Shown: piece after piece, positions 19,300 to 28,738 of the stretch | Layout: each line of letters starts with the position of its first letter | Numbering within the stretch: the first letter of the stretch is position 1 | Assembly (NCBI GenBank): GCA_011088105.1 | Contig: JAALKI010000001.1 | Location: 30,353 to 94,352 of the forward strand | DNA from: Nitrospirota bacterium | GTDB taxonomy: Bacteria > Nitrospirota > Nitrospiria > Nitrospirales > UBA8639 | Reading direction: 5' to 3' | Length of the DNA: 64,000 nucleotides | Made by a program: the position numbers and the translations under genes | Notes under the pieces: model-generated | Seen by the model: only the letters and a program-made list of their open reading frames with translations | The model's database searches: none | What the model was told of the DNA's origin: nothing

Positions 19300-19635
19300 T
19301 TAAGGCTCTGATGATTCATAGTGAGCTTTTCTGAGAACACACGCATCAATCACAAAGATGCTTCCAGAATGACGCTCTAGGAATGGCCTGAGTCCTGATA
19401 GAATGGGCTCAACTTTCTCTTCAGGTACGACGGTCAATACCATTTGCAAGCTACTGGTGTCATTGAACATCAGATGCCCTTCGTGGAATCCACTGTGCCC
19501 TTTTCCTGAGAGATTGCTGAAGATCGTGTAACCACTGGCTTTGATTCGATCGAGTACTTCTGTCACAAAACTCAGGTGTTCTCCCTCAATAATGACCTTG
19601 ATCTCCTTCATCGGGTGAAGTTTGATGGTACTCAT
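19300..19635 (-). CDS. PII-like (GlnB-fold) small signalling protein
   Basis: SD GAGGAGG (19653-19647) precedes the ATG at 19635. The sequence ...MKEIKVIIEGEHLSFVTEVLDRIKASGYTIFSNLSGKGHSG ... QMVLTVVPEEKVEPILSGL ... GSIFVIDACVLR follows the PII beta-alpha-beta pattern. It lies 29 nt downstream of dabA2. Confidence 0.6.
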   Translation of the reverse strand: MSTIKLHPMKEIKVIIEGEHLSFVTEVLDRIKASGYTIFSNLSGKGHSGFHEGHLMFNDTSSLQMVLTVVPEEKVEPILSGLRPFLERHSGSIFVIDACVLRKAHYESSEP

Positions 19636-19664
19636 GATTGACTGGTCCTCCTCAACCTGATGGA

Positions 19665-22600
19665 TTACTGAATAAGTTGCCAATCGTTCCGTGAATCATG
19701 AAAAAAGAATTCCCTGGTGGCCGGATCTAGGGCCACGAGGTTGATCCATTGATTGCCAATGAGTCGTTTAAGAATATCATGCCGAGAAATGATCATGCTA
19801 ATTCGTTCCCGCGGCGCTTCAATAATAACAAATAACCGCATAGGTTCGTGATAGGGCTTTTCCTCATTGAGAACCGTTTGGACTGGCAAGCCAACACAGA
19901 GATCACTTTGGGACCCATACATGACCCCGACTCGGCTGACCACATTGTGATAGACCTTACTTCCGGCACCATACACCGCTGGGTCCACCGTGGAAAAATA
20001 ATGCTCCATGTTAATCCAATTTCCCACGATCATGGGCGCGGTCATAATAATTTCCAAATATTTTCCTGTCTCATCTTGTGAATGATCGTACGAGTGTAAA
20101 AATGTTCGTCCTTCAAGATTAATGCCTTGCGTTAAGAGACGTCGCCCCACAATAAACGCGGTATGTCGAGAAAGACCCCATTCCGGTCGAACTTGAGACC
20201 AGTCTATGCTACGCTGTTTGGTTCGCTTAGAAGCCTCGCCCAAAGACTCGCAGCCATTCTCGTCAGGTAAGCGAGTTAACCGCTCGAAGCTATTGCAACG
20301 CGAGGCTTCCTCCAGATCGTGTTGCAATCTCAGCAAATCTTTGCGATGAGTCGCTGGCACATCCTCCAGATCAAACAATTCGACTTCATCAGTTGTGGTG
20401 TCGTGTTGGCCTGGTAGGAAATGGGTATCAGGAGGGATATGAATCCCTTTTTGCGCTAAAATTTGTCGCACTTCTCCTTTGTTGGCCATAGCAGCAAAGG
20501 CTCGGGCATTTGAAACCCCATGGTTCCCTCCACAGGCCCCACAATCTAAGGCCGATTCATAGGGATTGTTGTCCGAAATACTGCCATGAGCGCACGTCAA
20601 GATGAGTCTGGAAAACGTTTTGGTAAAACCTAATACCCGAAGAGCAGTTTCCACAAAAAGGACTTGCTCGTTGGTGGTGAATCCTGTCTGCGTGATGCGA
20701 TGCATCCGATGAGTAACCGCACGTTCGTGCACATCATATTTGCGTCTCAAATCTTGAATAAATTGCTGATGATCGGATTTCGTCCACTGGAGTTTGCTGT
20801 GTAATTCTTCGTCTGCATCCGGATCAAAGGTCATTTGGTTCAGCGCCTGTTTGCGAAGCCGTTCGACTTGGTCATGCGAAACCGTGTTGCCTCGTCGGCC
20901 GAATTGTTCGATGAGCATGCGATAGATGGTTGCACGGTGCTCTGAGGCAACCATTTCCTCTGCCTCCTGGTTGGTGAGCTTTTCAACGGTCAACGTCGTA
21001 CCAATGGGAATGGCAAAGCGTTCTGTAAACCAAGACTTGATTTGTTTAAACCACAAAGGGCTCAAGGTTTGGCCAAATAGCCTGAATCCGAAAAACCAGC
21101 CAATCGCTTCCACCATGACATAGGGGGTAATCACGTTTTCTTTTAAATCATGAAGCAGCGTGTGCCCAGTTTTGGCTAACTGTTGCCGTTCCAAAAATTG
21201 TTCGGCCGCCTTACCTTGATACGCTCGAGGGATTTCTTTGATAATATGTTTGGGTTTGAGGAGTACCGGACATTGATCGGTCTCTTGCTCGCTTCCAAAC
21301 TCTTGGTAGCAGAGAGGAACGCCAAAAAATCCTGCAAACCCAAAGGTTTCATTGCCTCCCACCTCTTCGAAATGTCTGCGGAACCCTTCTGAACGTACAT
21401 CAATACAGAAAATTCCTTGGACCAAAGGACGTGATTCAGCGGGTTGATCCGCTGACTCATCGATTTTTTCGAGTTTCTCAAGATTCGGAGAAAAACGTGG
21501 GAGGAAACTTTTGATGTAAGTGAGTTCAAATGCTTTCAACCAAATCGGACCATGTTGTGACTCTGGAAATTGTGACACCCATTCCAGCAACCCGTCCACG
21601 GATTCTTGAGGACTTGAGACTAACTCTTTGACAGAGAAGTCAAGGGCTTTGGCGAGGTGCAACAAAATTAAGGCCTTTTGGTGAATGTCCTGTTCTCGGC
21701 GAATTGATTGCCATGTTTCTTTAATGCGCGCTGCGCTTTGCTCCAGTGCGTCAATAGGCAGGGGGTGTTGCACGAATAATGAAAGATCAAGATTCCCAAC
21801 AATTTTTTCCGGTAGGCCGGTAAGCTTCCATTCCTTGAACAGACCGTAACCGGTTACGTGCTGGTTTACGTAGGACAGGATCGAGGCATAAGACCCTTCA
21901 ATACCAAGGTTCTCCTGGCATGCCAATGCAACCAGTTCTTTTTCATAAAACAAGCGAACCGCGAGGTACTTGACCAGGTCGATGTGATAAGCATTCTGCC
22001 ATTCATAATCCGATTGTTCTGATCTCCATTTGATGAACCCGGCCCATCCTGACATCTGAGCCAAATGCAAGGTGAGGTAATCAATCCACAAATCATGGGG
22101 AATGGCCATGGTCTCGAGACTTTCGACGATGGCATCCTCTGGTCGGTTCGGAAGATTTTGAATCTTGGACTGCCAATGTGGAATGCCTAACAAAGAACCA
22201 GACTGATCTTCTTGAGCTAAAATCTTCCATCCACCATAAAACGTTTTGTGTCGAAGCGGCATAGACCATGGGGCATGTCCTTCATCGAGAAAGCCTCCAC
22301 ACCATTTGATGAGCTCGTAGCTGATGTGGTCTTGAATGGTGGTGCCAAGTGTTTGATCGCACCAGGCGGAAAGGGTGTACTCCGAAATAATCTCCTTTTG
22401 CTCAATATTGGCATGATCATTCAAAGAAAACGTGCGTGCTTTGGACGCGAACAGAGCTTGGAGTTTGTCAATCAGCTCCTTTACATCATTGTCGCTCATT
22501 GACTCTCGTACAATAGCTGAAGCCACATCAGGTGCTGTGTAGCCCCTTCCATTGATGAGCATTGTACGCAAGGCTTCGAGATGAGAAATCTTTCGATTGC

Positions 22601-22916
22601 CAATGGCAATGCTTTGGTTTTGCGTCTGATCCCTCAATGCTTCATGAATAGCATCTTGGGAGATACGGCCTTGTTGGTAGTAATTCCGGTATTCTTGATT
22701 GGGTAGATACCCTTTCCCACCAAGAAACCTTGTGCCTTGTTTAATGGCATCACCAAAAGGCAAGTGTTCCAATCCATGAAGGGGATTATGGTGAATAAAG
22801 GTTTGCATGGGCCAAAAGTGAGAAATGGGTTCACTTGCCAGTTTCACAAGCGAGCGAATTTCCATTCGCTGGGCATCTTTTGATTGAACCAATTCTTTGA
22901 GTTCAGCCACGATCAA
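19665..22916 (-). CDS. dabA: DabA-like DUF2309 protein, operon copy
   Basis: 1083 aa with FWPMQTFIHHNPLH, FCIDVRSEGFRRH, ETFGFAGFFG and CAHGSISDNNPYESALDCGACGG. Confidence 0.85.
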   Translation of the reverse strand: MIVAELKELVQSKDAQRMEIRSLVKLASEPISHFWPMQTFIHHNPLHGLEHLPFGDAIKQGTRFLGGKGYLPNQEYRNYYQQGRISQDAIHEALRDQTQNQSIAIGNRKISHLEALRTMLINGRGYTAPDVASAIVRESMSDNDVKELIDKLQALFASKARTFSLNDHANIEQKEIISEYTLSAWCDQTLGTTIQDHISYELIKWCGGFLDEGHAPWSMPLRHKTFYGGWKILAQEDQSGSLLGIPHWQSKIQNLPNRPEDAIVESLETMAIPHDLWIDYLTLHLAQMSGWAGFIKWRSEQSDYEWQNAYHIDLVKYLAVRLFYEKELVALACQENLGIEGSYASILSYVNQHVTGYGLFKEWKLTGLPEKIVGNLDLSLFVQHPLPIDALEQSAARIKETWQSIRREQDIHQKALILLHLAKALDFSVKELVSSPQESVDGLLEWVSQFPESQHGPIWLKAFELTYIKSFLPRFSPNLEKLEKIDESADQPAESRPLVQGIFCIDVRSEGFRRHFEEVGGNETFGFAGFFGVPLCYQEFGSEQETDQCPVLLKPKHIIKEIPRAYQGKAAEQFLERQQLAKTGHTLLHDLKENVITPYVMVEAIGWFFGFRLFGQTLSPLWFKQIKSWFTERFAIPIGTTLTVEKLTNQEAEEMVASEHRATIYRMLIEQFGRRGNTVSHDQVERLRKQALNQMTFDPDADEELHSKLQWTKSDHQQFIQDLRRKYDVHERAVTHRMHRITQTGFTTNEQVLFVETALRVLGFTKTFSRLILTCAHGSISDNNPYESALDCGACGGNHGVSNARAFAAMANKGEVRQILAQKGIHIPPDTHFLPGQHDTTTDEVELFDLEDVPATHRKDLLRLQHDLEEASRCNSFERLTRLPDENGCESLGEASKRTKQRSIDWSQVRPEWGLSRHTAFIVGRRLLTQGINLEGRTFLHSYDHSQDETGKYLEIIMTAPMIVGNWINMEHYFSTVDPAVYGAGSKVYHNVVSRVGVMYGSQSDLCVGLPVQTVLNEEKPYHEPMRLFVIIEAPRERISMIISRHDILKRLIGNQWINLVALDPATREFFFHDSRNDWQLIQ

Positions 22917-22922
22917 TTCTCT

Positions 22923-23999
22923 CTAATACAACAGTCCACTATAACTCGCAGCAGCAATGAGTAGGGAAAGAGCACAGATTTCCCCGACGTTCAAATCTTC
23001 GTAGGGAATATCTGGCCTAGCTTTACCAAAGGCAGTTTGGTGCAGCAAATGTGAAAAATACCAGCCTCCCAACATCCACACATTGAGTATGATGAAGGAA
23101 ATGATGACGAGGGAAACATCCTGATTGTCCGTTGTCGGCATGGTTGTTAAGCCTGTCAATATTGGAATCATGGGAAGCGCCACAGCGATGCTGATCAGAA
23201 TAATGAGTAAAACCCCTAGGCGCGGCATGACCAAGGCTAAGCCTGGGAGGGTTCCTATGGTATGTAATCCAAACTTCTGTTGAATCCAGTGATACGTGAC
23301 AAGGAGACCAGTCATGACCAAGGCAATGGTTAACCCAAATGGTATTAACCATTGGGAAAACGTCGAGAACACCGTGGTGAGTCCCCACAACATGGAGACT
23401 TGAGAGATGATGGCGTAGGTGAGTAATGGCCGAATTTCGATTTGCCCCAGGCATTTAAATGAGGAATACAGCGCACTGCCCAAGGCCAACACCGAAACGG
23501 CGGCTGGCATTCCTTCCGACAGAACAGTTTGAAGCTGCGCGAGTTCAGCCAATCCCAGAGAAAGGAACACCGTTGTCCAGAGACCAGAAAGTGCCCCATG
23601 AGAAGAACTCACGAGAGAGGCAAAAGGTAAATGGAACGGAGGGAGTGGCACAAGAGTGACTCCTAAAACCAGTCCAGCAAACATGGTTAATGAGTTACCC
23701 GAAAAGGAAGAGCCCAGCGCAAGTAAAATCGCGAGAGCGATTTGGGCGAGACTGATCGTTTTAATCGTGGCGGCGCAATGAGACTTAAAGAGAAAGTAGG
23801 CCGCATACCCAAGAATCCCCACAAGAAAATATCTGTTGATGGGGAAGGGAATCAGTAATGTTGCAAGGCCAAGTCCAGACACCACAAGAATGTCTACATG
23901 AGCCGTTGACGAGTGCTTTGAACGGTGTTGGCCAAGAATTACACACACTGCAGAAAGAATAATCGCAAAGGCAAGCATCGCTGTGGCTTCTATATTCAT
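22923..23999 (-). CDS. degenerate NuoN/MrpD-like (antiporter-like) membrane protein
   Basis: 358 aa and highly hydrophobic. LVLGVTLVPLPPFHLPFASLVSSSHGALSGLWTTVFLSLG aligns by eye with the antiporter-family core (AIK..FPFHxWLPDA..APTPVSALL..LLKLG), but the conserved Lys positions are replaced. It lies 29 nt after dabB and 6 nt before dabA2. Confidence 0.5.
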   Translation of the reverse strand: MNIEATAMLAFAIILSAVCVILGQHRSKHSSTAHVDILVVSGLGLATLLIPFPINRYFLVGILGYAAYFLFKSHCAATIKTISLAQIALAILLALGSSFSGNSLTMFAGLVLGVTLVPLPPFHLPFASLVSSSHGALSGLWTTVFLSLGLAELAQLQTVLSEGMPAAVSVLALGSALYSSFKCLGQIEIRPLLTYAIISQVSMLWGLTTVFSTFSQWLIPFGLTIALVMTGLLVTYHWIQQKFGLHTIGTLPGLALVMPRLGVLLIILISIAVALPMIPILTGLTTMPTTDNQDVSLVIISFIILNVWMLGGWYFSHLLHQTAFGKARPDIPYEDLNVGEICALSLLIAAASYSGLLY

Positions 24000-24028
24000 G
24001 ACGGTTTCAATCTAATCCGATTCCACGC

Positions 24029-25744
24029 TTAATACCGGTTTCCAATTTTTTTGGCCCATTGAAACAGTGTGTTTCCCCACCGCATGTAGAGGAGATCCAC
24101 ATACAGCCGGTTGATCAGAAATAAATACATTTTTTGTTTAATGGCTTGACTCCATTCTGCATTCAAGATCTTTTGTCCTTTGGCATCGGTATAGCCATAA
24201 ATCCACCCAAAAAGAATTAAGAGCGTGGCCACCAAAACGAATACATCAAACACCATAGGATTTAGGGCAGCCGCCACAAAAAATGCAGCTGCCACACCAG
24301 GCTCCGGGTATAGGAAATGAGTAAAAAGTTCGCCAGCCCACAAATAGGTAAATCCAATAAGAAATAAGGCGGCAATCATTGCGCTGGCGACTTTCCATGA
24401 AGCCACAGCATGCAGTCGATATAAACTAAAAATCGCTTGGGATGCTGTGACCCAACTAAAAAATAGAAAGATGACGGCTCCATGTGCATCCTCGAGCGGA
24501 ACTTCCAACAAGTCATGTGCGACCATCAAAATAATGAGCGGCATGATTAAAGTCACAAGTAATCCAGTCACCCAAGTTGCTTGGGTAGGCAGTCTGGTGG
24601 GTTCATGACTTGATAAGAAAGGGAATTTGGGTTCGTAGCGGGCGTTATGTATGACATTGCCCGCGCTGAGAAAGAGCGAGGCTTTAAAGAGCCCATGGGC
24701 AATGAGGTGAAAGATGGCAAGGGCAAAGGCACCAAGGCCACATTCCATAATCATATAGCCCATCTGACCCATGGTCGAGTATCCGAGAGTTTTCTTAATA
24801 TCATTTTGCACGAGCATCATGGAGGCCCCTAGCACCACGGTCATCGCACCAATCACAAACACAATATGTAGTGTGTTGGGTGAAAGAGCATAGAGTGGAG
24901 CCAGCCGATTGAGGAGGAATCCTCCAGCATTAATGATCCCCGCATGCATGAGTGCTGATACTGGGGTAGGAGAGTCCATGGTATCCGGCAACCACACATG
25001 AAGAGGAAACTGCGCAGACTTGGCCATGGCCCCGACAAAAATGAGTAACGTGATCACGGATACTGCGCTGACGTCGAGGAGATTTCCTGGTAAGAATGAA
25101 ATGACTTGAGATTGTTCAGAAGCTCGCTGAAAGAGTTCAGCGAATTCAAGCGTACCAAAATATTTGTATGTCAGAAAGATCCCGCAAAGAAAGCTGACAT
25201 CCCCAATACGATGCACGACAAATGTTTTAAATGCATTCTGATAGGCGGGGATATGTGAATAATTAAACGCGAGGATCAGATAGAGGGTCCAACTCAAGAA
25301 TTGCCAAAACACAAACAGCATCAGAAGATTCGGACTTGAGACCAGAGAAAGAATGACAAACGTCATGAGGCCAAGCAAGGCATAAAACCGAGCATAGCCT
25401 GGATCGCCTTGGAGATACCGGACTGAATAGACATGAATGACCGTGCTGACACTGGTGATCAACACCATCATGACAGCAGTAAGCCTATCGACCAACAAAC
25501 CAAATTTTAAAAAGTTAGATCCATGGTCCTGTGTCGGCCAGAGAATGATATGGACAGAATTGCCCTTACTTACGGAGATCAGCATAAAGATAGAAAGAAA
25601 GCATGCGCTGACGGTGCACATAGTTCCAATCGTGGAAACATAATGCCCCATGCGTTTGCCAAACGTGCCAATTATCAATGCTGCCAAAAACGGAAGAAGA
25701 GGAATCAGGATGGCGATGTTCATAGCTGAATTAGTTACATTCAA
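24029..25744 (-). CDS. dabB: DabB-like NuoL/MrpA-family membrane subunit
   Basis: 571 aa. It has GDPGYARFYALLGLMTFVILSLV, WQFLSWTLYLIL and MAKSAQFPLHVWLPDTMDSPTPVSALMHAGIINAGGF. It is the first gene of the operon that ends with dabA2 and the PII-like gene. Confidence 0.8.
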   Translation of the reverse strand: MNVTNSAMNIAILIPLLPFLAALIIGTFGKRMGHYVSTIGTMCTVSACFLSIFMLISVSKGNSVHIILWPTQDHGSNFLKFGLLVDRLTAVMMVLITSVSTVIHVYSVRYLQGDPGYARFYALLGLMTFVILSLVSSPNLLMLFVFWQFLSWTLYLILAFNYSHIPAYQNAFKTFVVHRIGDVSFLCGIFLTYKYFGTLEFAELFQRASEQSQVISFLPGNLLDVSAVSVITLLIFVGAMAKSAQFPLHVWLPDTMDSPTPVSALMHAGIINAGGFLLNRLAPLYALSPNTLHIVFVIGAMTVVLGASMMLVQNDIKKTLGYSTMGQMGYMIMECGLGAFALAIFHLIAHGLFKASLFLSAGNVIHNARYEPKFPFLSSHEPTRLPTQATWVTGLLVTLIMPLIILMVAHDLLEVPLEDAHGAVIFLFFSWVTASQAIFSLYRLHAVASWKVASAMIAALFLIGFTYLWAGELFTHFLYPEPGVAAAFFVAAALNPMVFDVFVLVATLLILFGWIYGYTDAKGQKILNAEWSQAIKQKMYLFLINRLYVDLLYMRWGNTLFQWAKKIGNRY

Positions 25745-25994
25745 TAAAAACGATTTGCAGGAAAAATTTGTTGAGTGATATTCATCAATAATTCCTATTC
25801 TTATGTTATCGACTAATCATTGAAAGTTTGGCAAGCTTTTTTTAGCCCTATACGTAGGGCTTGAGGGGCAAGGCATTTAGTACTATTTGGGTAAGGGGCT
25901 GGGTAGGTAGAAAAGGAAGAAAGGCGAGAAAAAGCTTTCTATCAAAACAGCGCTACGTATTGTTGACTCCCTTCCGCAAAAGGAACAACTCTCT

Positions 25995-27716
25995 TCAAGC
26001 TTCTTTGGGATCAATATCCCTCCCAAGAAACTGTTCCCCAATGTAATCAATGCCTCTCCTCAAGGCCCCGTCAAAATCTTCGGCAATGTTCTCTTCACCA
26101 ATATGCTTGAGCACACTCAACTCGGTCAGCGTACGACGCACAGCGGGATTCATCCCTTTGAGCAACACCATGGTCCCTCGTTTGTGAGCCAAACTCACCA
26201 TGTCCTCCAAGGCAAAGGCTCCGGAGAGATCAATGACCGGCACATACCGTAATGACACAATCAACACCTTGTAATGCACCAGTCGATCAATTTGCCGATA
26301 CATCGTATCGGCAATCCCAAAAAACATTGGCCCCTCAGGTTCCAGGACTGCGATGTACTTTTTTAAATGCTGGGGCACCAACGCTCCAGTCGGTTTCTGA
26401 GACTCTTCAAGTCCCTTGACCTCGGGCTTCCACATTTCGCTCATATCTCGGACAAATAAAAAGAAGGCAATCGCCAAACCCACGCCAACAGCCACGAGGA
26501 GATCTTCCCAGACGGTTAAAAATAGTACTGTCCAAAACGTAATTTTTGAAGGCGTCGGCATTCGGTGCAAAACAGGAAAGACCCGGAAATCAAGAATGTC
26601 ATACCCCACTTTAAAGAGAATACCCGCCAGTGAAGCCATAGGAATATACGAGGCCAATGGGGCGAAACCGAGGACAAGAGCGAGTAACACCAATCCGTGC
26701 ACACATGTCGCCGTGATTGTCTTGGCACCGCATTGAATAGCCACCACACTTCGCATCGTGGCCGTCGCCGTAGTTAAGCCACCGACCAAGCCTGCGGCCA
26801 TGTTGGCCATACCCTGCCCCCAGATTTCTTGATCGCTATTGTGCCGATCATCTGTCATTTGGTCGATCACCACACAGGTCAACAAAGAGTCATATACCGC
26901 CAGCCCCGCCAGTGCGGCGGCTGGGCCAATCATGTCATCAAGCTGTGAAAGGGGGGGGAAGTAAATATCAGGGAGACCTGTTGGCACCTCCGGAATATAG
27001 TCAATAGCCAATCCAAACGCATTCGCGACCCCGGTTCCAACAGCCAGGCCCACCAAGGGACCGGGAAGCCAGATGACTTTGGTAAGTTTTGGCCAAACAA
27101 TAATGGTGCCAAGGGTCAAACAGGAAATCAGCACTGCCTGAGGATTTGCATTCATGGCTGAAAAAGGAATGGCAAGAAGCGCTTCCCGAACAGACGAAAG
27201 CGTTGGGAGACCGACAAATGGATTAAACTCAATGATCATGACGATTGCGCCAATGCCACACATGAAACCTGATATCACAGAATAGGGCGTAAGATAGATA
27301 TACTTCCCTACTCGCATGATGGCGAGGGCGAGCATGAAAACTCCACTGAGAAACACACATCCAAAAGCAAACCCTAAATCCGGCTGTCCGTTCGGGAGCA
27401 TATGTTCATGCATCACAACGGCGAGCTGAACCGTTTTCGGTCCTGTTGGCCCACTGACACCAACATTCGATCCACCGAATAATCCACCAACAATTCCCCC
27501 AGCGATCGCCCCCCACATTCCTGTAATGGCCCCCAAGCCAGAGGCAACACCGAACCCGAGCGCTAATGGCAAGGCAATAAACGCGACGGTGATCCCACCC
27601 ATCGTATCTTGGGCCAAGTTGGTTCCCATGATCCGAATGCTGGGCCAGGGGTTAAAATCTTTTAAGTGGTCTCGTATTTTCGTCTTCTGAATGTCCACTC
27701 CATGTCCTTTCTTCAT
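25995..27716 (-). CDS. SulP-family anion transporter with C-terminal STAS domain (BicA-like candidate)
   Basis: 573 aa. It has the typical SulP N-terminus (GGITVAFIALPLALGFGVASGLG), many TM segments, and a C-terminal STAS-like region (VLIVSLRYVPVIDLSGAFALEDMV). Confidence 0.9.
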   Translation of the reverse strand: MKKGHGVDIQKTKIRDHLKDFNPWPSIRIMGTNLAQDTMGGITVAFIALPLALGFGVASGLGAITGMWGAIAGGIVGGLFGGSNVGVSGPTGPKTVQLAVVMHEHMLPNGQPDLGFAFGCVFLSGVFMLALAIMRVGKYIYLTPYSVISGFMCGIGAIVMIIEFNPFVGLPTLSSVREALLAIPFSAMNANPQAVLISCLTLGTIIVWPKLTKVIWLPGPLVGLAVGTGVANAFGLAIDYIPEVPTGLPDIYFPPLSQLDDMIGPAAALAGLAVYDSLLTCVVIDQMTDDRHNSDQEIWGQGMANMAAGLVGGLTTATATMRSVVAIQCGAKTITATCVHGLVLLALVLGFAPLASYIPMASLAGILFKVGYDILDFRVFPVLHRMPTPSKITFWTVLFLTVWEDLLVAVGVGLAIAFFLFVRDMSEMWKPEVKGLEESQKPTGALVPQHLKKYIAVLEPEGPMFFGIADTMYRQIDRLVHYKVLIVSLRYVPVIDLSGAFALEDMVSLAHKRGTMVLLKGMNPAVRRTLTELSVLKHIGEENIAEDFDGALRRGIDYIGEQFLGRDIDPKEA

Positions 27717-27798
27717 GCCTTTGAAGAAGATATTTCCTCACCAACGCAACGATCCAGCCTTTTTCTGTTCTGTTAGGCAGACGTTCCTTATAAGGCTG

Positions 27799-27814
27799 AG
27801 CAATATTCGTTCCA
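27799..27814 (-). promoter_or_regulatory. sigma-54 (-24/-12) promoter upstream of the SulP gene
   Basis: The minus strand reads TGGAACGAATATTGCT, with GG-N10-GC spacing correct and a TTGCT -12 element. It lies about 85 nt upstream of the ATG at 27716. Confidence 0.45.
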
Positions 27815-27830
27815 TGTTGATGGCGGATTA

Positions 27831-27857
27831 AAAGAAAAAAAGGCGTGAAATGCCTTT
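27831..27857 (-). terminator. weak intrinsic terminator after the CBS gene
   Basis: The minus-strand RNA forms AAAGGC, a 7-nt loop and GCCUUU, followed by UUUUCUUU. The stem is short and AU-rich. Confidence 0.3.
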
Positions 27858-27915
27858 ATAAATGGGCAGGAAGTTCATCCTTACAAGGAAAGTTAAACGG
27901 ATCGGGAAGCATGAG

Positions 27916-27952
27916 GTGCGAATTTGCACAGAGCACAAGTGCAAGATCGCAC
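27916..27952. promoter_or_regulatory. tandem inverted repeats GTGC-N6-GCAC (candidate enhancer-binding-protein sites)
   Basis: The sites are gtgcgaatttgcac (27916-27929) and gtgcaagatcgcac (27939-27952). Their centres are 23 nt apart, and they lie 100-140 nt upstream of the sigma-54 element on the minus strand. Confidence 0.4.
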
Positions 27953-28064
27953 ACTCTATAACATTGTGACCAGACAATCAGGCGAGAGCAGAAATCCTCG
28001 TATCAAGAAAATTCTGCCACGTTGGTCTCGTCAAACAATCACGTTTTTCTGGAACTGCCCTTCA

Positions 28065-28478
28065 TTACTCAAAGAAGTCTGTATAATACCGTATTAAATC
28101 ACTCAAAGCCAAAATTCCAATAATCTTCTCCCCATTTTTTACCACTAAATGGCGGACCCCATTCGCTTTCATAATGTCCTGTGCTTCTCGGGCCGATTGG
28201 TGGTGATCAACAGAAATAGGATCTTTTCTCATGATGGATTCTACCAGAGTGGTCTCTGGATTACGTCCCTTCGCCAATCCCTCTCGTGTCAGTCGTTTTT
28301 CAGAAACAATTCCCACATAGTTGTTACAGTCATCAATAACAAGTAAGGCCCCTACCATGCGTTCGGTCATGACCTCAGCCGCTTGCTGGAGGGTGGCATT
28401 GATGGGAATGGTAAGAGGATCTTCATGCATGTACTCAGCAATGGTCGATGGCTTGGGGGAAGACGTTTGGTCTGACAT
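28065..28478 (-). CDS. CBS-pair domain protein
   Basis: 137 aa with two CBS-like repeats (MTERMVGALLVIDDCNNYVGIVSEKRL and MKANGVRHLVVKNGEKIIGILALSDL). Confidence 0.85.
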   Translation of the reverse strand: MSDQTSSPKPSTIAEYMHEDPLTIPINATLQQAAEVMTERMVGALLVIDDCNNYVGIVSEKRLTREGLAKGRNPETTLVESIMRKDPISVDHHQSAREAQDIMKANGVRHLVVKNGEKIIGILALSDLIRYYTDFFE

Positions 28479-28704
28479 CGTATGACCTCTTGAGGTGAAT
28501 GTTATGCGCTGCCTATCAAAACCGCCATTGTGCTCATGGATGACACGTCACAGCCACCCCTATTATGTACAATGCTTAGAGAATTCTCTGCGTTCAGACA
28601 AAAGTCAGGTTCAACCTGATTATGTGGCAAATTGTACCCTTATCCATGCTAACAGACAAGAAAAATGATTTCCTGACTTGACGTGATTGATTGCTGTGAT
28701 CCTC

Positions 28705-28733
28705 TTGAGGAATTGCAGGAGACCTGGTATAAC
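28705..28733 (+). promoter_or_regulatory. sigma-70-type promoter candidate for the mrp leader
   Basis: TTGAGG (28705-28710), a 17-nt spacer, then TATAAC (28728-28733). Confidence 0.35.
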
Positions 28734-28738
28734 GCCCA

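Noticed and set aside
25844-25861. 7-bp hairpin AGCCCTA-tacg-TAGGGCT between the SulP and dabB genes, as a possible terminator
   Set aside because: On the transcribed (minus) strand the hairpin is followed by an A-run rather than a U-run, so it is not a canonical intrinsic terminator. It is kept only as a possible RNA structure.
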